A DNA stretch of 64,000 nt from Hypanus sabinus. Its lineage: Eukaryota. Under the pieces are notes generated by a model. The model searched no databases, was not told the origin of the DNA, and saw only the letters and a list, made by a program, of their open reading frames with translations. The translations under genes and the position numbers were made by a program. Below, one piece after another: positions 1 through 12,702 of the stretch. The stretch is taken from assembly GCF_030144855.1 (NCBI RefSeq), contig NC_082728.1, positions 32,736,001 to 32,800,000 on the forward strand, given 5' to 3'. Numbering within the stretch: position 1 is the first letter of the stretch; every line of letters begins with the position of its first letter.

Positions 1-41
1 TATCTTTGCTGGTTAGACACCCAGTTACGGGGTACGTAACA
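1..41 (-). mobile_element. Terminus of an LTR of the same family as 46569-47518, opposite orientation, cut by the window edge
   Basis: Reverse complement tgttacgtaccccgtaactgggtgtctaaccagcaaaga nearly matches tgttacgtaacccgtaactgggtgtctgaccagcagaga at 46569. Confidence 0.8.
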
Positions 42-93
42 CTTCACTGCCACTATCTCAGTCAAAACCCTGGAACACACTCCCTAATAACAT

Positions 94-227
94 CACACAC
101 AAAATGCTGGTGGAACACCGCAGGCCAGGCAGCATCTATAAGGAGAAGCACTGTCAACGTTTTGGGCTGAGACCCTTCTTCAGACTAACTGAAAGGAAAG
201 ATAGTAAGAGACTTGAAAGTATTAGCA
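94..227 (-). mobile_element. Short Penelope-like 3'-terminal fragment with 13-bp TSD and a decayed hammerhead motif
   Basis: tccctaataacat at 81-93 and 228-240. The insert matches the 3' end of the PLE at 19003-19508 and contains rc ctgaaga-agggtctcagccc-aaaac-gtt. Confidence 0.75.
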
Positions 228-379
228 TCCCTAATAACATTGTGGGTATACCCACCTGTTATAGATAGCAACTGCTCAAGAAGGCAGCTCACCACCACCT
301 TCTCAAGGGCAACTAAGTGTTGGCTCAACCTGCAAAGCCCACATTCCTTGAATATATATATTCTTGTGATGTGCATTTC

Positions 380-1647
380 TATGTCTGGCTCATATGGAAA
401 GATGAAGTGATAGATAGGACCTACAGGGAGGCTGTCACCATTAGGTTTCAGGAGATAGGTAACTGTATGACTGTCAGGAAGGAAGGGAAATGCACAACCA
501 GTGCGGAGTATTCCTGTGGCCATTCTCCTCATTAATAATAAGTATACTGCTTTAGATACTGTTCAGGGGTTGACCTACATGGTGGGGAAGCCACAATCTC
601 TGGCACTGAGTATGGGGTTATGGCTCCGGAGAGGAGAGGTGAAGATCACTGCAGTGGCGATAGAAGACTCCATAGTCAGAGAAACAGAAATGAGATTCTG
701 TGGGAATGATGGAGACACCTGGATGGTCTACTGCATCTCAGTTGCCAGGGTCTGATATGCCCATGGCATTCTGAAGGGGGAGAGTGAGCAGACAAAAGTC
801 TCGGTACATGTTGGCACCAATGACATAGGTAGAAAAGGTGAGGAAGTCTTGAAGAAAGATTTTAGGCAGCCAACTAAAAAGCGGAAAACAAGACCTTCAA
901 GGTAGTAATCTCTGGATTGCTGCCCATGCCATGTGCCAATGAGGATAAGAATGGAACAACTTGGCAGGTGAATGTGCAGGTGACAAACAGATGCAGGGGA
1001 TGGGGTGGGGGGGGGGGTTCAGATTTATAGATCTTTGGGACCTCCTCTGGGGAAGTAATAACCTGAACAAAAGGGTCAGGTGTCAACTAAACCTAAGGGG
1101 GGACCAATATCCTTGTGGGTAGGTTTGCTGGAGTTCTGGAAAGTTTAAACTGATTTGGCAAGGGGATGGGAACTGGAGTGATAGTGCTGAGGATGAGGTA
1201 GTTGGTTTACAGAGAGAGGTAGCGTGTAGTGAAACTCCTAGCAAGGAGACACTGTTGATAGGGCAAAATTGCAGTCAACAAGATGAGTTGCAATATAAAA
1301 GGTAGACAAAATTGAAAAGGGTGAATACAAGACTGAAGATGTTATATTTAAATGTGTGCAGGAATAAGATAAATGAATAAATGAATCAACGGAATAAGAT
1401 AAATGATCTTGCAGATTGGCATGTATAACAACATAGGCATCACTAAATCGTGGCTGAAAGATTGTAGCTGGGAGCTTAACATCCAAGAATACACATTGTA
1501 TCAAAGGACAGGCAGGTACATGGAGAGGGTGCATGGCAGTGGTGGTAAAAATGAAATCAAATGATTAGAAAGAGGTGACATAAGGTCAGATGATGTTGAA
1601 ACATTGTGGGAGAGCTAGGGAACTGCAAGCATGAAAAGACCCTGATG
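380..1647 (+). mobile_element. CR1-type LINE copy A, part 1 (decayed ORF1 esterase and ORF2 endonuclease start); resumes at 5042-5405 and ~9906-10330
   Basis: Decayed ORF1 motifs (PLNNKYTALDTV, IEDSIVRE..RFCG, VHVGTND). The endonuclease frame breaks at KTLM| (1647) and continues as |GVIYRPPN at 5044. Confidence 0.8.
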
Positions 1648-4600
1648 AGATTGCTTTTAATTCAAAGCAAGAGGCAGAGCGTGAAGTAGTAAAGGCATCT
1701 CGAAGTGAAGCCATTTTTTTTAAAAACAGATCGGGGAAAAGAGCCTAGACTGCGCAGGCGCGTGACATAGTGCGCCAAAACTTTTTTAAAAAGACTGCTA
1801 TATCCATCGTCGGAGTGGACTGAGTCAGAGTGGGACAGCTTTGGCTCAACAGGCTTCAGTGTGAACAGGCAGAGGTGAGGGTAGGTTCCGGTAAGTTTTG
1901 TTTATTTAGAGTAGAGAGAACGCCAGGCAGGATGTTGGAATGCTTCTCTTGCATGACTTGGGAAGTCAGGGAGACCTTCGGTGCCCCTGACAATGACACC
2001 TGCAAGAAGTGTATTCAGCTGCAGCTCCTAACAAACAGCATTAGGGAACTGGAGCAGGAGCTGGATGACCTCCAGATCATTTGGGAGAATGAGAAGTTTA
2101 TAGATAGTAGCTACAGGGAGGCAGTTACGCCAAAGGAACAGCGCACAGATAATTGGGTTACTGTCAGGTGAGGGAAAGGGAAAGGGCAGGCAGAGCAGGG
2201 CTCCCCGTGGCCATTCCCCTCAACAACAAGGATACCGATTTGGATACTGTAGAGACAGATGGATGAAGGGTGGGGGGGTGGCATTGCTAGACAGGGAAAA
2301 TGTTACAGCAGTGCTCAGGCAGGACAGATTAGAGGACTTGTCTACTGAGGCCATGTGGGTGGAGCTGAGAAACAGGAAAGGTATGACCACATTAATGGGG
2401 TTGTATTATAGACCACCCAATAGTCAGCGAGAATTGGAGGAGCAAATCTGTAGAGAGATCGCAGACAAGTGCAAGAAACAAAGTTGTGACAGTAGGGGAT
2501 TTTAAGTTTCCACATAATGATTGGGACTCCCATACTGTTAAAAGTCTAGACAGCTTAGGGTTTGCGAACACAAAGTGCACTGCAGATGCTGTGGTCAAAT
2601 CAAGACGTACAAAAAAGCTGGATGAACACAGCAGATCGGGCATTCAGGAAAGTTTTCTAGATCAATATATAGAGGTACCAACTAGAGAGGATGCAATATT
2701 AGATCTCCTACTAGGAAACGAGTTAGGACAGGTGACGGAAGTGTGTGTAGGGGAACACTTTGGTTCCAGTGATTATAACACCATTAGTTTCAACTTGATC
2801 ATGGATAAAGATAGATCTGGTGCTCGGGTTGAGGTTCTAAACTGGAAAAAGGCCAAATTTGAAGAAATGAGAAAGTATCTATAAAGCGTGGATTGGGACA
2901 GGTTGTTCTCTGGCAAGGATGTCGTTGGTAAGTGGGAGGCCTTTAAAGGAGAAATTTTGAGAGCGCAGAGTTTGTATGTTCCTGTCAGGATTAAAGGCAA
3001 AGTGAATAAGAATAAGGAACCTTGGTTCTCAAGGGATATTGGAACTCTGACAAAGAAGGAGAGAGATGCATGACATGTATAGGAAACAGGGAGCAAATAA
3101 AGTACTTGAGGAGTATAAAAAGTACAAAAAAATACTTAAGACAGAATTCAGGAGGGCTATAAGACATAAGGTAGCTTTGGCAGTCAAGGTGAAGGATAAT
3201 CCAAAGAGCTTCTACAGGTATATTAAGAGCAAAAGGATAGTAAGGGATAAAACTGGTCCTCTTGAAGATCAGAGTGGTCAGCTATGTATGGAACCAAAAG
3301 AAATGGTGGAGATCTTAAATGGCTTTTTTTTTGCATCTGTATTTACTAAGGAAACTGGCATGGAGACAATGGAAATAAGGCAAACAAGTAGTGAGGTCAT
3401 GGAACATATATAGATTGAAGAGGAGGAGATGTTTGCTATCTTGAGGCAGATCAGAGTTGATAAATCCCCAGGACCTGACAGGGTTTTCCCTCAGACCTTG
3501 AAGGAGATGAATGTTGAAATTGCAGGGGCCCTGGCGGATATATTTCAAATGTCAGTATTTATGGGTGAGGCGCTAGAGGATTAGAGGATAGCTCATGTTG
3601 TTCTGTTGTTTAAAAAAGGCTCTAAAAGTAATCCAGGAAATTTGAGGCCGGTAAGTTTGACGTCCATAGTAGGTAAATTATTGGAAGGAGTACCAAGAGA
3701 TAGGATCTACAAGTATATAGATAGACAGGGACTTATTAGGGAGAGTCAACACGGCTTTGAGCGTGGTAGGTCATGTTTAACAAATCTATTAGAGTTTTTT
3801 GAGGAGGTTACCAGGAAAGTGGATGAAGGGAAGTCAGTGGATGTTATCTACATGGACTTCAGTAAGGCCTTTGACAAGGTCCCGCATGGGAGGTTAGTTA
3901 GGAAGATTCAGTCGCTAGGTATACATGGTGAGGTAGTAAATTGGATTAGACATTGGCTCAATGGGAGAAGTCAGAGAGTGGTAGTGGAGGATTGCTTCTC
4001 TGAGTGGTGGCATGTGACTAGTGGTGTGCCACAGGGATCAGTGCTGGTTCCATTGTTATTTGTCATCTATTCCAATGATCTGGATGATAATGTGGTAATT
4101 TGGATCAGCACATTTGCTGATGATACAAAGATTGGAGGTGTAGTGGACAGTGAGAAAGGTTTCCAAAGCTTGCAAAGGGATCTGGACCAGCTGGAAAAAA
4201 AAGGAGTGAAAAACAGCAGATGGAATTTAATACAGACAAGTGTGAGGTATTGCACGTGGAAGGAAAAACCAAGGTTGAACATACAAGGTAAATAGTAGGA
4301 CACTAAGGAGTGCACTAGAACAGAGGGATCTAGGAATACAGATACAAAATTCCATAAAAGTGATGTCACAGGTAGATAGGGTAGTAAAGAGAGCTTTTGG
4401 TACATTGGCCTTTATAAATCAAAGTATTAGGTATAAGAGTTGGAATGTTATGGTGAGGTTGGACAAGGCAATTGTAAGGCCGAATTTGGAGTATTGTGTG
4501 CAGATTTGGTCACCAAATTACAGGAAGGATATTAATAAGGTTGAAAGAGTGCAGAGAAGGTTTACAAGGATGTTGCTGGGACTTGAGAAACTCAGTTACA

Positions 4601-5043
4601 GAGAAAGGTTGAATAGGTTAGGACTTTTCTCCCTGGAGCGTAGAAGAATGAGGGGAGATTTGACAGAGGTATATGAAATTATGATGGGTATAGATAGAGT
4701 GAATGAAAGCAGGCTTTTTTGCACTGAAGCTAGGGGAGAAAAAAAAGAGGACATGGGTTAAGGGTGAAGGGGGAAAGTTTAAAGGGAACATTAGTGGGGG
4801 CTTCTTAACACAGAGAGTGGTGGGAGTGTGGAATGAGCTGCCAGATGAAGTGGTAAATGCGGGCTCACTTTTAACAGTTAAGAAAACCTTGGACAGGTAT
4901 ATGGATGAGAGGTGTATGGAGGGATATGGGCCAGGTGCAGGTCAGTGGGACTAGGCAGAAAAATGGTTTGGCACAGCCAAGAAGGGCCTAAAGGCCTGTT
5001 TCTGTGCTGTAATGTTCTATAGTTCTAGGTTCTTTGTTCTATG
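1648..5043 (+). mobile_element. CR1-type LINE copy B, near full length with internal deletion, nested in copy A
   Basis: 5' UTR; ORF1 N-terminal C-x2-C zinc finger/coiled coil (MLECFSCMTWEV..CKKCIQLQLL); APE endonuclease (GLYYRPPN, GDFKFP, SDYNTISF); RT (YMDFSKAFD, GVPQGSVL, FADDTKI); (gttctat)n-type tail ending 5043. ORF2 is broken into several frames. Confidence 0.92.
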
Positions 5044-5405
5044 GGAGTTATATACAGACCTCCAAATGTGATCTACAAATTACACCAGGAGATAGAAAAT
5101 GCATGCCAAAAGGGCAATGTTACAATAGTTATGGGGGAGTTCAATATGCAGGTATATTGAGACAAGTAGGAGGAATTTCTAGAATGTTTAAGACATGGCT
5201 TTTTAAGAGCAGTTTGCAGTTGAGCTCACTAGGGAATCAATTACTTTGGATTGTGTGTTGTGCAATGAACCAAAGTTTATTCACGAGCTTAAGGTAAAAG
5301 AACCCTTATGGGAAAGTGATCATAATATGATCAAAACCACCATCCTGAAATTTGAAAAGGAGAAGCTGATGATCTAGTAATGAACTTTCAAGAATCAATT
5401 AATTC

Positions 5406-8400
5406 TGTCATGGTTCTAGAGGAAGGGAAACGTCAAGATGCTGGAGCAGTGACCCAATCACAGACCAAATCCTGTGCACACTGATATTTATTAAGTAACA
5501 AATCCAGAGAGGCAACAAAGTCAGTGGCAAAGTACAGGCAGAGTCAAAAACCAGAACAATCAAGATGAACAGGCAAAATCATCGTCAGCAAACAGGCAGA
5601 GTTAATACTTAGAAGGACAGAGTTTAGATATGAATGCTCGAAAGGCTCAGGAAAACTCACTGGCACAACCTAGCAAACCGCAGGACTAAAATACTTTGAG
5701 CAATGAGACGCAGGTGCCAGCAATACAGGTAATAATGGGAAACATGTGAAGGGCAGAGTAATCATTGATACAGCAACCAGATCAGGAGCACATGGGCCAT
5801 GAGAACAAACAAGAGAACATGGCAATACAAAAACACAGAATGATGGCTAGGAGGTAACACAAAAGACAGTTCAACTGGAGGTACTGACAGAACCCTCCCC
5901 CTCGCCCCCCCCCCCCCCACATCTCCATGGATACCTCCTGGCATCACGGCAGGTGGAACTAGATGCTGATGATGAAAGTCCCTGATGAAAGTTGGATCCA
6001 GGATGTTACAGGGGACCCAGCACCTCTCCTCGAGACTGTTGCACTCCCAGTCCACAAGGTACTGGAGGCCATGGTCCTGGCGATGAACGTCTAGCAGTCG
6101 ACGCACCGTGACAGCCTCCGATCTGTCGATGAGCCACGGGAGAAGGGTTTGAGGACAGGACACAGGGGGTGGCTCATGAACGGCTTGATGCTGGACACAT
6201 GGAAGGTGGGATGAATGTAGTGGAGAGTGGAGGGCAGCTTGAGACGGACGGCAGCAGGGCTAATGACTTTAGCAATGGGAAATGGCCCGATGAAGCGGGA
6301 GAGTGGAGAGTTTGCAGGAATCTATCTTGAGGGGCAGGTCTCGTGTTGAAAGCCACACATACTGTCCTTGGCAGTAACGTGGGGCCTTGAAGCGATGGCG
6401 GTCAGCTTGATGCTTGACCTTAGCTGAGGCACGGAGAGGGACAGAGCAAGTTCACCTCCACGTTCACTGACAACGGCGGATGAATGCCTCGGTAGCTGAA
6501 ATGCCACCCTCCTCCTCCTGGGCAGGAAACAGTGGGGGTTGGTAGCCAAGGTAGCACTTGAAGGGGGAACAGACCAGTGGGTGAGGAGGGAGGAGAGCTT
6601 ATGGCGTACTTGTCTCCGGATAGCTGCTGATTCCACAAGGAGGCATTCTGGGAGACTAGACATAACAATACTGTCTCCAGCTGTTGGTTGGCCCTCTCGG
6701 TCTGGCCATTGGTCTGTGGATGGAAGACAGACTCACCGAGGCACCAAGAAGATTACAGGATGCCCTCCAGAAGCTGGATGTGAGTTGAGGGCACCTGTCT
6801 GACACAACATCTACAGGTAAACTGTGTAATTTGAAAACATGCAAGTATTAATAATTTGGCTGTTTCTTTGGCAGAGGGGAATTCAGGTAAAGGAATGAAG
6901 TGTACAGACCTGGAGAAGTGATCAACTACTGTGAGAATGGTGGTGTTACCATCTGATGGGGGAAGACCGGTGACAAATTTCAGGTCAATATGGAACCAGC
7001 ATCTCTTGGGATAGACAGGGGTTGTAACAGACCAGCAGGTGACCAGTTAGAATTCTTGCCTTGAGTACAGACCGAGCAGGCCGAGACAAAATTGTGGATG
7101 TCATCTCCCATGGAGGGCCACCAGAACCACCAACTGATGAAGGTCTAGTTCCAGGGTAACAGGATAATTGGGAAGAATGACCCCACTACAATACCTGTGA
7201 GCAGACAGAGCTGAGAACATAAACACGGTTAGGAGGGCATTGAATAGGGGCTGCCTCGCTCTGTTGAGCAGATTGCACAATGTATTCAATGTCCCATTGC
7301 ACTGCACCCACAAGACAGATGACATCGGGTACCTCAGGGATCTCAGAGGAGGTAAATCTTCGGGAGAAGGCATCAGGTTTTCCATCCTTGGACTGGGGCG
7401 AGTGGACAGTAAAATTGAATCTTGAGGAAAAACGGGTACCAACGAGCATGACGTGAGTTGAGATGCTTGGCAGTGTGGATATATTTCAGATTCACGTGAT
7501 CAGTCCAGACCAAGAATGGCACCTTGGCTCCCTCCAGTCCATGCCTCCACTCCTCCAAAGCTAGCTTCACAGCCAGCACCTCCTGGTTTCCGAATCATAA
7601 TTCTACTCTGTGGGAGTGAGAAAGTGAAAGAAGGTGGTGCAGGGGTGTACTTTCTCATCCTTAGCCAAGCGCCGAGAGCGGGCAGCTCCTACGCCAATGT
7701 CAGGTGCATTCCACCTCCACAATGCGCCGCTGGTCGGTGTCGAGTTGAATCAGGATGGGGGCAGAGGTGAAACGTTGCTTCAGATCAGAGAATGTTTTTT
7801 CAGCAGCAGGGGACCGGGAGAATCTGACAGCTGTTGAAAAGCTGTGAGTGGTGCAGCCAGTGTACTGTAATTACTGATGAAGCAATGATAGAAGTTTGCA
7901 AAGCCCAAGGAGCTTTGCAACTCCCGACGAGTCGAAGGTTGGGGCCACTCGACCACCACCTTGGTCCATCTGAACGGAACTGCCTGAAATTACATACCTC
8001 AGGAAGGATACGGTATTGCAATGAAACTCAAATTTCTCAGCCTTCACAAACAGCCAGTTCTCTAGACGGCACTGGAGAACTCTGCGGATGTGACCTCTGT
8101 TCAGCAAGAGACCTAGAAAAAAAATCAAAATGTCATCAAGATACACAAATACAAAGTGGTTCAGCACTTCCCTGAGAATGTCATTTACCAGGGCTTGGAA
8201 GATGGCGGGGCCATTGGTGAGATCGAATGGCATGACCAGATACTAGTATTGGCCTGAGGTGGTGTTGAAGGCTGTCTTCCACTCGTCCCCTCTGCAGATG
8301 CGGACAAGATGGTAGGTGTTACGGAGCTCAGGCTTGATTAAAACTAAGGCTCCTTGTAGTAGTTCAAATGCCTAGGTCATGAACGGAAGCGGGTAATGGT

Positions 8401-9905
8401 TCTTAACAGTGACTTCATTCAGGCCCTGGTAATCAATGCATGAGCGCAAGGAGATGTCCCTCTTTCCAACAAATAAAAAACCGGCACCAGCAGGGGAGGA
8501 AGATGGCCGGATGATGCCTGCAGCCAGAGACAATTGAATGTAGTCATGGCTCCTGTTTCAGGCACAGACAGGGAATCCAGGTGGCCCCTAGAGGCAGATG
8601 TGCCAGACAAGAAGTCAATGGCGCAGTCATATGGACAATGAGGCAACAGGAAAGTGGCCCTGGGTCTTGCTGAACACAGCCTTGAGGTCCACGTATTCAG
8701 GAGTGGTGGCACTAAGGTCCAGAAATTCCTCAGGGGGGGATCTGGGCTTGGAGACAAGGGGATCTTGAGCATGGTGGAGGCAGTGGGAGTGACAGAATGG
8801 GCTCCAGCCTACAATCTTGCGATTGAGCCAGTCAATGTGGGAGTTGTGTTTAAATAACCAAGGATGTTCCAGGACAATGGGAGATTGAGGAGAGTCAATA
8901 ACATAAAGAGTTAACTGTTCACGATGGTTGCCAGATTAACTGAGACTCACCGGGGCCGTGACATGGGAGATGTTTTCCACTCTGACCGTTCAAGATGTTG
9001 ACCATCAATGGTGACTGGAGAGCAGATGTGGGTAATTTTCACTGGGCAGCCAAACCAGAATCGATAACACTCCCCTCCACACCAGAATCGAAAAAGGCGG
9101 AGACGCCCCACTCCGGAGAAGCTGGTATGAGTGTGAGTGGTGTTGAGGAGGGCAGAACAGGGGTCACACTCACCAGTACTCCTCATCCTACTGGTGAGTG
9201 CTGGCTTTTACTGGGCAGGTGGCGATGCACTGACCTGGTTGACCACAGTAAGACAGAAATGGGTGCTGATTCTTCTTTATCCTTCAGTCAACATCAGGTG
9301 GGTACAGTCATCCTGTATAACTTCAGGAGTTGAAGCTTCACTGAGTGAGCTTAGAACTCCATCAGTGCCCCCAGGGACCCTCTGGAACCCCTCCCTCTGC
9401 AGTGCTGCTGAAGGCAAACATCAATACAGATGGCCAAATCCACCAGGCGCTTCAAAGGTGGCAGGAAGGTCCTGGATGACCAAATCCAGAGAGGCAACAA
9501 AGTCAGCATCAAGGTTCAGGCAGAGATCAAAAAATCCAGATGCATCCAAAACTCAAAAAATCAAAAAAAACAGGCAGAGTCAAAAACCAGAGCAATCAAG
9601 ATAAACAGGCAGGGTTGATAGTTAGGAGGCCAGAGTTCAGATACAGATGCTCAGGAAAACTCATTAGCACAATTCATCAAAACACAGGACTGAAATACAC
9701 AGAGCAATAACCAGAGAGGCAGGTGATAGGTGGACCACAATGAAACACAGGTGGCAGCAATACAGCTAATAATGGGAAACGGGTGAGGGGCAGAGTAAGT
9801 AGTGATAGAGGAGCCAGGAGAGGAGCACATGGTAATACAAAAACACAGAAATACGGCTAGGGGGAAAACACAAAAAAGACGAGAGTTCAACTGGAGGTAC
9901 TGAAA
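5406..9905 (-). mobile_element. Ty3/Gypsy chromovirus-type LTR retrotransposon, decayed
   Basis: LTR 5406-5889 (TGTCA...TGACA) with adjacent rc polypurine tract at 5890-5920. Chromodomain (RRLLDVH..LQYLVDWE..EERCWVP), integrase ([14 protein letters not shown]), RNase H ([11 protein letters not shown]), RT ([21 protein letters not shown]), gag. Truncated second LTR at 9481-9905. Confidence 0.92.
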
Positions 9906-10527
9906 GAAAAATTGCAAATATCATTCCACTCTTCAAGAGGGAGAGCAGCAGACGAAAGAAAATTATATGCCAGTTAGTCTGACCTCAATGCTTGTGAGGA
10001 TGTTGGAGTCGATTGTTAAGGATGTGGTTTGGGGATATTTGGAGGCACTTGTTAAAATAAGCTGTAGTCAGCATGATTTCCTCAAGGGAAAATCTTGCTT
10101 GACAAATCTGTTGGAATTCTTTGAACAAGCAGGGTAGAGAAAGGAGAATCAGTGGATGATGCGTAATTAGATTTTCAGAAGGCCTTTGACAAGGTGCCAC
10201 ACATGAGACCGCTTAACAAGTTAAGGGCCCATGGTATAATAGGAAAGATACTGGCATGGATAAAGCAGAGACTGATTGCCAAGAGGCAAAGAATGGTAAT
10301 AAAGGAAGTCTTTTCTGGTTGGTTACCGGCAAATCTTTTAAAAAGATAGCACTGTGTCTCACAATTACAGGTTAAAATATCTTCTGAATTTCTGAGAGTG
10401 GCACGTATAATTACTGATATACTACAGCTTTGTCTACTACCCCTCTACCCTTCCACACCTCAGAATCTACAGTGAAAGTGTAGCTCAAGAGTTCCCAACC
10501 TGGGTCCGCAGACCTCTTGCTTAATGA

Positions 10528-11162
10528 TTAAGAAGGCATATGGTGCATTGGCCTTCATCAATCATGGGATTGAGTTTAAGAGCCACTAGGTAATGTTACA
10601 GCTATATAGGACCCTGGTCAGACCCCACTAGGAGTACTGTGCTCATTTCTGGTCGCCTCACTGAAGGAAGGACGTGGAAACCATAGAAAGGGTGCAGAGG
10701 AGATTTACAAGGATGTTGCCTGGATTGAGAAGTGTGCCTTATGAGAATAGGTTGAGTCAGCTCAGCCTTTCCTCCTTGGAGCGACAGAGGATGAGAGGTG
10801 ACCTGATAGAGGTGTATAAGATAATGACAGGCATTGATCGTGCGGATAGTCAGAGGCTTTTCCCCAGGGCTGAAATGGCTAGCACGAGAGGGCATAGTTT
10901 TAAGGGGCTTGGAAGTAGGTACAGTGGAGATGTCAGGAGTAAGTTGTTTTACACAGAGAGTGGTGTGTGGAATTGGCTGCTGGCAGTGGTGGTGGAGACG
11001 GAAACAATAGGGTCTTTTAAGAGACTCCTGGATGGCTACATGGAGCTTTAAAAAATACAGGGCTATAGATGAAGCCTAGGTAGTTTGAAGGTAGGGGCAT
11101 GTTTGGCACAGCTTTGTGGGCCGAAGGGCCTGTATTGTGATGTAGGTTTTCTATGTTTCTAT
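10528..11162 (+). mobile_element. 5'-truncated CR1 LINE 3' end
   Basis: ORF 10674..11051 (IERVQRRFTRMLPGL..RMRGDLIEVYKIM) is the CR1 RT C-terminus. Ends in ttctatgtttctat tail. Confidence 0.88.
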
Positions 11163-12097
11163 GGTATTGGCTCATGACATAAAAAAAGGTTAGACACCTC
11201 TGATGGAGACGAAGCTCCACTTGATAATGCTGCTGAAATAAAAACAGAAAATTCTTCAAATACTCTGTAGCTCAGTCCACATCTGTGGGAAGAGAAACAG
11301 AACTGGTCTTTGTAGATCAAAGACCCTTTATCGGAACACTGCTGTTGAACCTGGAACACAACTGGCATTGCTGTTAAACTGATCATCTCTGAAAATAGAA
11401 TTTGAGGTAACAAATGGAACAAAAGTAATGATAAACAGTCACTACTTTCTTTAGGAGGAGGTGTGAATAAAGATTTCTCAGTAAGCAGAATAGAAAACAA
11501 GTGAAAATGAAAGGTTTAATGAGTTCAGGAGAACAAAACATTTCAGTTAAAATGACTCTGAAGGAGAAAGTAAGATATGGTCCACTGTTAGATTCTATGC
11601 TTTAAGGCAGCAGTAATTTTACTGATTAGTCTGTTAATCGTTTCTTATATTGTGTGTATTGTGGGGGTGTATGTGTGAGCGAGAGTGAGTGAATGTGGTT
11701 AAAAGAAGGTGGTTGGTATTCATCTATGTCTAAGTCAGTTTTGAACATCTTTTGTTCTGAAAGTACAAACATACAAAGTAGGAGCATAAGTAGGCCACAC
11801 TAACCTTTATCTGCTTTGTCATTTACTGATATCCTAGCTGAAACTGATCTGACTGGAACTTTATGTCATACCTTTGTTTTTCATTTCTCTCTCTGCTCCA
11901 TCTTAAAATATGCAAAAACTTTTTCCACTGTCTCAGACTAAATTGCAGGTGCTCACCAATCTCTGAAAGGAACAAAAAGAAAACACCTCATGGCTTTTCT
12001 AAATATGTGATATTTTTAAACAACAACCCTTCCTAATTCTAGTTTATCCAGCAAGAGGTTCAAAGTTCAAAGTAACTTTTATTACCTGAGTACAAAT

Positions 12098-12702
12098 ATG
12101 TACTCAGACTTAATCAATGTCAATAATCTCTCACTCAATATCAATAAGACCAAGGAACTGATTGTAGGCTTCAAGAGATGGAAACCGGAGGTTAATGAGC
12201 GAGTAATCATCGGAGGATCAGAGGTGGAGAGGGTCAGTAACATTAAATTCCTGGGTATCACGCTTTCAGATGACCTGTCCTGGACCCATCATATAAATAG
12301 TATTGCAAAGAAAACATGACAGCATCTCTACTTCCTCAGGAGTCTGCCAAGATCTAGCATGTGGTGGGAAGTGTGCTGACTGGCTGCATTACAGCCTGGT
12401 CTGGGAACACCAATGCCTCTGAGTGGAAAATCCTACAAAAGGTAGTGGATTTGTCCAGTATGTCATGGGTAAGGCCCTCCCAACCATTGCGCACATCTAC
12501 TTGAAATGTTGCCATAGAAAAGCAACATCCATCATCAAAGATGCTCACCACCCAGGCCACATTCTTTTCTCGCTTCTGCTGTCGGGTAGAAAGTGTCTCA
12601 GGATTCATGCCACCGGGTTCAAGAACAGTTACTACCCCTCAACCATCTGGTTCCTGAGCAAAATGGGATAACTACACTCATCTAAGGACTCTGTAATATT
12701 GT
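12098..12702 (+). mobile_element. Rex1/Babar-like LINE 3' fragment (its tail resumes at 17144 after the BEL insertion)
   Basis: NNLSLNINKTKELIVGF..KFLGITLSDDLSW and IIKDAHHPGHILFSLL..FKNSYYPSTI are typical Rex1-clade C-terminal motifs. Confidence 0.75.

Noticed and set aside
9137-9618. Plus-strand ORFs of 155 aa and 62 aa
   Set aside because: Antisense to Gypsy gag and running into LTR sequence; not host genes.
5401-9915. TSD for the chromodomain Gypsy
   Set aside because: Left flank aattc does not match right flank gaaaa; host CR1 sequence is deleted across the site.
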